Shown here: positions 54,469 to 64,000 of the stretch, in pieces
Layout: every line of letters begins with the position of its first letter
Position numbering within the stretch: the first letter of the stretch is position 1
Assembly: GCA_965153285.1 (NCBI GenBank)
Contig: OZ229110.1
Reading direction: 5' to 3' (one strand)
Length of the DNA: 64,000 bases
Source of the DNA: Podarcis tiliguerta
Lineage: Eukaryota
Position numbers and translations under genes: made by a program
The notes under the pieces: generated by a model
Told to the model about the DNA's origin: nothing
The model's database searches: none
The model's input: only the letters and a program-made list of their open reading frames with translations

Positions 54469-57400
54469 TATAGGTCTTCAGCACCATGATACTAGTAGGT
54501 AGATTGAAAGTGATTACTGCTGATTCATATGAGAGCAGGTAAGTAGAAACTGTTTATAATGTGGCATGAGCCTTTCCAACAGCCATGCTTTCCCCCTTGA
54601 AATGGCTTCTCCCTGGCAGGGGTTACTTCTTGTCTGGGAACCCCATGTTCAGGGGGGATGTCTGCAGCAGAGCAATTTTATGGGGAAACAAAGGCAGGGG
54701 AATAGCTTGGCTCTCTTCTCGCACCCACACGTGCTCCACAACCTGGCTCTTGCACACAGGTCAGCTGCTATGACATCAAGTTCCATCCTTAGACATCAGA
54801 AGGACTTATATGGCATGGGTTCTAGTAAGTGTAAAAAGCAAGAAGTGTGTGCAAATGTCTAGTTAAATAAAACATAGGCTCAGGATCAAAATGTAGACAG
54901 GGTGCACCCAAGACATAATGCACTATGGTTCCCCTACACCTGAATGTAACCAGTCATATTGTGGACTGTATGCATGGCTGACACTCTTTACTCAGATTCT
55001 CTTCAATATGGGTTTGGTATTTTTTATATATATAGAAATGAGAGCATTCAGTATAGATAAATTGGTCTGCTTAGACTAGGGAGACTTGAGATGCCTCAGA
55101 CGAGTCACTGTCTCTCTGCCCAACCTCCCCCACAGGCTTGTTATAAAATGAAATAGGATAACCCCCATATATATACCCTGGAGCTTCACACCAGTGAGAC
55201 TTAAACTAGTTGATGCTTAAATTAATCTACAATGAAACCTTCAGCCTGGAATATATCTTTGTCTGCATGCTAGTCTTGCATTGAGAGCAGTGGCAAAAAC
55301 AGTCACAAGAGATGCTAAAATGTCATTTGGGGGCTGTAATCCTAAATTCACTTACTGATAAGTAAATGAACTCAATCGGGTTTTCTCTGGTGTTGATATG
55401 CATAGGAATGCACGGCTGTATCATGAGTGGAAATAGCAGAGCCTCAAATTTAGAAGGCTCAAAGATTTAGATTTTGCTGGCAATAAAACTCTCAGTGATT
55501 ATTTCATCAACATGCAAGCAGCAGCCAAGATACCATTGATCATGACTCCCCAAAAAACAGAAAAGAAAATGGTTCTAACAGTCATTAGAAAGCAAATCTA
55601 ATGAGACTTCAAGAACTCTTAAGTACAGCATTAATTACTTACTCCCCAGGGAAGCTCATACAGCCAGTTCCATTGCAGTTTTCAAGAAAATCATAGCATT
55701 TTGGAGTGGGTGGGTTTTAAATTGCTGTGTTGGCTGCTGGTCAAAATTGTTTTTTATATTGTTATGCTGCCTTTGCTACGGCTGTGTTATTTTTCTATTT
55801 CATTTAAAGATGATGGGTATTTAAAGTATCTTACTTATGAAGATTAATTTGATGTCTGAGACTTCTTTTGGGCATAGGGAATAATGTCAAAGAAAACATA
55901 CGGTAATTTACAATTCCCTTGACAGAAAAATGCTGACTGACAGTGAGACCCAAAAAGAAATCATGTTATCAAATGATAGGGAGTCAGTCATTCCATAAAA
56001 TCCAGGTTGTCATAAAAGTGATTCTGAAAGACCAGACTAATTATAGTGATTCCTTCTAACAGCTATGAAGCTAGAATCTGCATACACAAAAGTAAATGTC
56101 ACTTTAAAAGTAAATGCTTCAAGGAAGGAGAGAGAGGTAGCTGGTTAGGAAGGGAAATCATAAGCTTTTGCAGAGAGATCACTACTCTTCTCTTTAAAAT
56201 CCTCTGCAAAAGATGACAGAACTAGGGCATGTGTTAAAGAAGAGTGCAAGAAAATCAGATGGTGCAGGCTGGCCCCTAGGCTAAAAAAGCACACAAAGGG
56301 GCCTGTCAGTTCTGCTTGAACATGCATGTACTGTATATTAATTCTTTAACCATTTTGATGGTTAAAGCAGCATAGCACCAAAAGTTGTGCCTCCCTTATG
56401 AATTATTTGGAAGCACATAATGTGCAGAATATAGGCATCCAGGCCCAATTGGTCACTTGGATAATAAGCCACTCTCCCCTACATCCTTGTGCTTTCTCTG
56501 CCCCGATCCAGACCCTCCAGAGCAGCTTGAGAGGTGGCACAGGGGGCTCAGAGAATCTGCAAAAACTGCCTCCCTTCTTTTCTTGATGAGGTCAGAGAAA
56601 TGGGAAATGAAACGCTGGGAAAACAGAATGCACTGCCATGTGAATGCAGCCTATGTGACAAGCTTTCTTGAACTACGAGTCCCAACATTCCTTCATTCCT
56701 GAGCGCATTTTTATAGCCAAACACAGCACAGTAGCTGTTAAAGTGTTTTAAATTCGCTTTAGACACATTTTTCTGCCCTGGAATCTAGTACCAGTTATTC
56801 TATGCATTCTGGAGACCTGTTGCCTATCTTATTTGCTCACATATTTTCTGAAGCCTTTCAGTTCTATCAGCAGCACTGACATTTGACTGCAACATTCCCA
56901 GCATTACATTTTTGTCACCTTCCTAATGTCACACTTTTCTGACTCCTGCTGCCTGTTGTTCAGAGAAAATGCAACCCAAGCAACCAAATGTTCAGCTGTG
57001 CCTCCAAAACTCCCTCTTGGGCACATGCTACATCTTTATGAGCTATTGTTGGGGTTGCTGGTTTCTACTGTTCCTTCCACTTGCATTTTGAAGCTGCTTC
57101 AAATAGTGGAACACTTGGAGTAGGAATGTGTTGAATAAATAAAGCAATCAATCAAAACCAAATATGGAATAGGCCTGTATTTATAAGAGAGCAAACTTCT
57201 CAGCTCTGTAGGAAGTTACCCATTACCTTTAATCAAAGCTTCCATCTTTAGTTTGAATTTAGAGAGCTTTTCTTAATCTTAACTAGGTGCTAATACAGTT
57301 TCAGGAATAATCACTGTGCTCAGTGATATAACAACAGCAGAGGTGATACAGCTATTGCCCTTTTGGAAACTGCAGATTACCCTTTCTAATGCAGAGTGCT

Positions 57401-58089
57401 CAGAGCACAGCTGGATTCTGACCTATTTCTAAATCTCCAGGCTTTCTCCGGTAGAGATTATGCTTGTGTTGTATTTCATGCTGCCAGCCCAGGTTCTTCC
57501 TGGCAATTCCCGAGGTTGCTTTTCAACCTGGCCTATTTTTAATTAGGGCAAGCTTTCAATAGAAAGTAGGGCACACCAACCTCAGAAGGAGCCCAGTGGG
57601 TTTTGAGGACCTGCATCACAGGTGATGGAGTGTTTCCATGCTTGAAAGAAATTGTGCTTTACAAATAATGTCATAGCTTTCATGGCCACAGAATCAGGCA
57701 CAATTTAGCCAAACAACAGAACTTCTGCGTCCTGCAAGGTCCAGAAGTATTGTGTGTTGCTGGCCTTCCTGAACTGTACTGAAGGGAGAGGGACCACATA
57801 TTGAATGCCTTGCAACTTCCAAAATTCCCTCCCTAATGTAGGGTGGCATATCACGAAGCAGGACTCTCCCTGGCATTCTAATTTCTTATGTACAGGAAGT
57901 TCCCTCCTTGACCTGCCCCCATATGAGGTATCGTGCAATTCTCTCCAACCATTTGATATAGTTCTGCTATGTGACAGTTTTGAATGCATAGACTGGTTTT
58001 CTTACTGATTGGGTATATCCAAATCACCCAATTTTCTTCTTTCAGTGCTCTGGCTGTGTCAAATAATTAGGAACCACTGGTAATCCTAA

Positions 58090-58453
58090 AAAGGTAAAGG
58101 TAAAGGTACCCCTGCCCGTACGGGCCAGTCTTGACAGACTCTAGGGTTGTGCGCCCATCTCACTCAAGAGGCCGGGGGCCAGCGCTGTCCGAAGACACTT
58201 CCGGGTCACGTGGCCAGCATGACATCGCTGCTCTGGCGAGCCAGAGCCGCACACGGAAACGCCGTTTACCTTCCTGCTAGTAAGCGGTCCCTATTTATCT
58301 ACTTGCACCCGGGGGTGCTTTCAAACTGCTAGGTTGGCAGGTGCTGGGACCGAACGACGGGAGCGCACCCCGCTGCGGGGATTCGAACCGCCGACCTTTC
58401 GATCAGCAAGTCCTAGGTGCTGAGGCTTTTACCCACAGCGCCACCCGCGTCCC
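58090..58453 (-). mobile_element. Full-length Sauria (Squam1-type) SINE, second copy
   Basis: Closely similar to the 42660 copy along its whole length. 14-bp TSD actggtaatcctaa at 58076-89 and 58454-67. Confidence 0.88.
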
Positions 58454-58598
58454 ACTGGTAATCCTAATTACGTTTTAAAATTCATAAACAATTCCCAGCT
58501 AATTTATAAGGATCTAAATTATGTCCATAAGTTTCTGGAATTAACAGTGCCACTCACGTCGCCATAAAGCCATTGAGTTCATGGAATCATTCTACTTA

Positions 58599-58778
<180 letters not shown>

Positions 58779-60065
58779 TTAAAAATCAATAGTGCTGTTG
58801 ACTATGGGAGCAATCCTAAGTCAAGATACACCAGGATGAGTGGATTAGGATCCAGAGATCTCCAGCTGAGTCAGGAGGTTCCTGTCACAGTTGGGTTATG
58901 GAGGCTTAATTCCCTCATCTTCGACTCTGCTGGAGAGACATTAGTATATTTTCCAACCAGCTGAGCCCACCATGAAGGATCTTAAATTGACATAAGCCCC
59001 CACAAAGGAGTGTGTTGGGATGGGACCAGAGGGCTGGGGTTATTTAGGCTGGATTCTAAACCCATTCTGTTTAGTCACATGACCTGGCAACTTGGGCATA
59101 GGCAGGATTTTTATTAGAGAGAAAAGAACCTCAGATTTGCATTGATTTGTATTGATTTGGAGGGGTGCAGCTGCGCCCCCCCCCCAGCTATGCCCATGCC
59201 TGGCAACCTAGTGTAGATTAAACTGGCAAAAAGGATGTTGTAACTCGAACTTTGTTTTAAAGGCTTTGTTTCCCTCTGCAGGTACAGGCCAGCTTAGGCA
59301 GCAGTAGCCTTGCTGCTGAATGGAGTCTGGATCTGGTGTAACATGACACCAGCTAAACTCACACTGGCTTGGCTTTACACCAGTTTCTTGTGTACAGGAT
59401 TGCTCCCTACAATTCAAACTGATTGTAAAAGAGTCCATACAAAAGTGGCACAGCTCACGGAACAAGAAGAAGCAGGCTGCTCCAAGCAGTAGAATTTATG
59501 GGATTGTAGGAAATATTGTAATACAAATTACTACTGCAAAATGTGGTGATGGACACACACAAAAAGGGATTAGCCAAATTTATGGAATTCCTATTGCTGT
59601 TGGGACCATTACACTGGAGCAGATACGCCTCAGACTGATCCAGCAAGGCAGCCCAAATGTACTCTAAACGTCACTAGATAAGGAACAATGTGCACTGTAA
59701 TCTGATAAGTGACCAGGTGAGCTGTTCTCTGGGAGTGTGTTATTTCATTCCACATAACACATGCAGCATGGCTGTGGATGTGCAGAGCTAGCTCACCTTG
59801 CTGATAGCCATGTTTCACTTCCTCACAACCAGAAAAAGTGTGACCCACCAAAACAAATGGAGCAATGTACTGAAGGACGTGCAAACGTAACCTTATTAGA
59901 ATGCCTAATGTAATGGGTACAATAGATTTAGCTAGATCAGCTTGCACGTAATTGATTCAGCACAGCATAGAATATCTCTGTATGCTTTCTTAATACACAG
60001 CAAATAATAAATCTGTATGAATTATTCACCCTATTAGAGTGTTATAACTGGAATAATAAGCCCAC

Positions 60066-60200
60066 CATAGCATCAATCAGTTTCTCCCACTTAGGTGTGA
60101 TGAAGTACAATATTCCATTCCCAGCTCCTGGCAGAGTTACTCCTCTGATGAGTAAGATGATGAGCACTACATAAGGGAATGTAGCAGTAAAGTACACCAC
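60066..60200 (-). CDS. SLC6A5: SLC6A5 coding exon (~exon 8), 135 nt
   Basis: Acceptor ctctttag|GTG, donor ATG|gtgggc. Encodes [45 protein letters not shown]. Confidence 0.96.
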
Positions 60201-60613
60201 CTAAAGAGACCACACATAGACAAAGAATTACTCATTCGGGCGGATCCTATAAGTAGGCTTGCTGTCCATGACAATTCATTACCCAGGCAGAGTTAGTACA
60301 CAGGCTCATGGGAATGTGAGCAACCTACAGAGATAAAAGGATTATTAAAATGTTGCTATCTATGAAAAACCACAAGCTAATAAAATAACAAGGTTCTGGG
60401 ATAACAATAACAGTATTTATGTGTAGCTGATGTTTTTACTATTCATACCCTTCAAACCAATGAAAATCAAGGTAGTTTTTCATAAAATGCTATGCTCTGT
60501 CAGCAGACACAACAGCCATTTATTTAAGATCCCATCTCTCTCTATACATACTGATGGTTGTCCTTGATTCTGCTTCCCCAGTTGCTGCCCTTTGGTAAAA
60601 GGACAATCTAAAG

Positions 60614-60907
60614 CAAGGGAGGGGAGCCTCACTCAGATCCAGGGGCCAAAAGGAACCCTCCAGGCCTCTCCCTCCAGCCCTTGTAACTTTCTCCAGGCCA
60701 CACCGCTCTCTGACCTTGAGTGGTTTTGCCTGGCTAGATTTTGTCCTTGAACGCCTGGCTCAGTGGAGGACAGGAAAGGGTGTTTGAGTATGTGTGAAAA
60801 CTAGCCTGATCTACAAAGATCAAAACGACACTAATTGCTCCAGCAAATTGCGGTTGCCCAGAAGTGAATGTTGCAGTTGGGCTGAAAAAATATTTCTTTT
60901 CCCTCTG
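60614..60907. mobile_element. Old hAT-type non-autonomous element
   Basis: Perfect 8-bp TSD atctaaag at 60606-13 and 60908-15, with CA...TG ends and degenerate TIRs. Confidence 0.6.
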
Positions 60908-62279
60908 ATCTAAAGTATTTCATCCACGTTAGCTGCTGTTACATCATGGTCAGCACTCATGCAGGTGAGGTGGGCATTACCTGCATGCTTGTGAAAAAAG
61001 GGAGGGATCTAAGCCTGGAGCAGGGACTCTAGTCAGAGGGAACTAGAGCTTACCTAAGATTGGCCAAGGTGTTCTGAGCCCAGCATGGTAAGTCTGCTGT
61101 TGAAGTAAAGGGGGATTGAGAAAGGAGAGGGAGAGGTGTATAGATAGCCCTTTCTTTATGACCCAGCAGCTAACTACAGAATCTTGCTTCTTGTGCATTG
61201 GGAACAGAGCTTCCCTGCAGAGGGAGCAGTCAAGTGAGCTTGAAAAGAACTAATATGTGGGGGAGATAAAAAGAGAAGAGGGAGAGGGAGCTGAGGCTGA
61301 GAGTAAAGAGGCTGAGCCCCAAACAAGGCTAGTTCTACCATTCTAGGACTCTCTTTTCAGTACAGTTGGGATATCTTTGAAATCTATTTACTTTTTTCAT
61401 TTAATGATGTTCCCAACTCATTTGTTATGTGCCCTCACATTTTAAAATAGAGCAGTTTTATAATCAAACTGCTCAGCCTCTTGCATGCTTACACAGACGT
61501 CATTTTATTAGAGAATTAATCTTTATAAAGTTTGTAGGGGGGGGACACTAATATTTTAATTACCATTAGGACAATGTTGAAAAAAGATATTATCTATCTT
61601 CCTGAACTGAAGAAAGCTAATAGTGTTTAAGTGAACTCAATTTGAAGGCGATATGATATATTTTGTCTTGTTTTCCATACTGTACAAACTCATTAATTTT
61701 ATTCCATTGCTATTTTTAGCCTCACAGAACATTGTAAAAACCTGAAAACCCTCCTATGAAGAGGGGATATTTGAGCAAGTGTATACAGGCTGGGCATGAT
61801 GCTTCTGTTGTATTGTATTCAAGGATTTCCACTTGCACAACAGAACTTCCTTCTCTTCCCCCTGCGTGCCCCAGATCCTCCCCAAATCTGCTCTGGAGGT
61901 TGTGAACTCCCAACATGGGTTTAACAGGGCTTTGGGGAGACATTCAGAGAGAGGAGAAGGAAGGGAAGTTCCATTGTGCAGCTAAATGTCCTTGCCCCAG
62001 TGTAAGCACTTTGTTGGGTAATCCAGCCAGCTGCTGCATCCCTTGTCTTTGGAATGCATATTTTGATAAAATGAATTAATCATACTTTACAGGACTCTTT
62101 CCGTTCACCTTTTAGGATGCAACCCAATATCAATACTGAAAGCACAAGGAATGTAGGCAGCATGCCATGAGGATCCCAAATTTGAAAAATAGAGCAAATA
62201 CTCCTATCAATGAAACTTTTCTTCAGCTACCATGCAAGAGGATATGTGCTACGCTGCTTTCACATTTATCAACAAACTA

Positions 62280-63160
<881 letters not shown>

Positions 63161-63945
63161 CTGTAGTTGTGATAACCACATCCCAGCCCTCCCCAGCCTA
63201 TCTGACGAAGGAAGACCTGGTCACAACAGAGTGCACCCCTCTCTTGTGCCCTCCCTTTCCCTGTTTGAGGTATGTGCCAGCATCAAATAAGAGATTAATT
63301 ATTTAACAGGCTGACGCTTATCAAATAGCCTCAAAAAGTTCCCTAGGGTCTCTCTGAAGTTTCCTTAGGTACTGTGTGGTTAAAACTATAGGTGTGAGAG
63401 TAGTTGAAATAATCTGAGACAACACAGGGTTTATAAAACAAGAATTGAGTTTACGAAGATAAAAGAGAGAGAGACTGCCATAATTTTTGTGGTGCTTTCA
63501 CTCTGACCACTATCCTATGAGGCAAGTGTACCAGGACTTGACATGATGGCAGCTTTAGGGAAGAGATACCGAAAGATTATGTGGTGGGACTTGAACCCAG
63601 ATGCAAATCACATTCAAACCTCAGGACATCTACCTCCTGAATGCCAAAACAATGTACTATTTTCCTGGCACTTGTTTTGAAATGCCATCAAATTGCATCT
63701 GTCTCTGTAGCAGGAGCAATTAACTCATTAGTCAAGTCCCAATACATGAAAGACATATCTAAATGACTGGCATAAACACTCAACTAATGAACAGCAGAGA
63801 AAGAACCTACAGACAATGTAATTACAATTTTTTCATTCCGTTCATAATTTCATGCATTACCCTGTGACTTTCAAACGGAGATTTACTTTAAAATTGTTCC
63901 AAAACGTGTGTGTGTGTGTTTTGTTTTTGTTTTTTTAAATCTTAC

Positions 63946-64000
63946 TTGAAGTACTCTTCACTGCCACTGACAAAAGTTTTGTTGACATGGCTGGTATAGT
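63946..64000 (-). CDS. SLC6A5: SLC6A5 (GlyT2) coding exon, 3' part only (exon 6 by human numbering); runs off the window edge
   Basis: Minus strand reads YTSHVNKTFVSGSEEYF(K), the end of GlyT2 extracellular loop 2. Donor AA|gtaag at 63945; phase 2 fits the next exon. Confidence 0.93.

Noticed and set aside
54478-54498. REST/RE1 site (ttcagcaccatg...), with other partial matches such as 7439
   Set aside because: Only the left half-site matches; the GGACAGCGCC half is absent.

Overview
Vertebrate genomic DNA, most likely a squamate reptile and probably a lacertid lizard, judged from the Sauria/Squam-type SINEs, a BovB-type 3' end and the MITE families. It is intron-rich, so nearly all ORFs in the supplied track are spurious. 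Two genes lie on the minus strand in the order known from mammals. (1) The 3' part of SLC6A5 (GlyT2, the neuronal Na+/Cl- glycine transporter): 11 coding exons from 64000 down to the stop at 23249, all with GT-AG boundaries and matching phases, ending ...ELETQC*. (2) The CpG-island promoter and first coding exon (signal peptide) of NELL1 at about 7030-8650; its exon 2 lies beyond position 1. The rest is intronic or intergenic DNA rich in transposable elements: Tc1/mariner and hAT MITEs, two clean solo LTRs, L2/CR1/BovB and other non-LTR remnants, several SINE families, microsatellites and one assembly gap. I found no convincing new multi-gene system. The best leads are: an internally deleted insect-like mariner (50430-51049, possible horizontal transfer); a candidate spliced 5'UTR for NELL1; repeat-donated splice and poly(A) signals inside SLC6A5; and GlyT2 residue changes in the C-terminal lysine cluster and the NNCYRD motif. 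Family names and comparisons with mammalian proteins come from memory, not from database searches.
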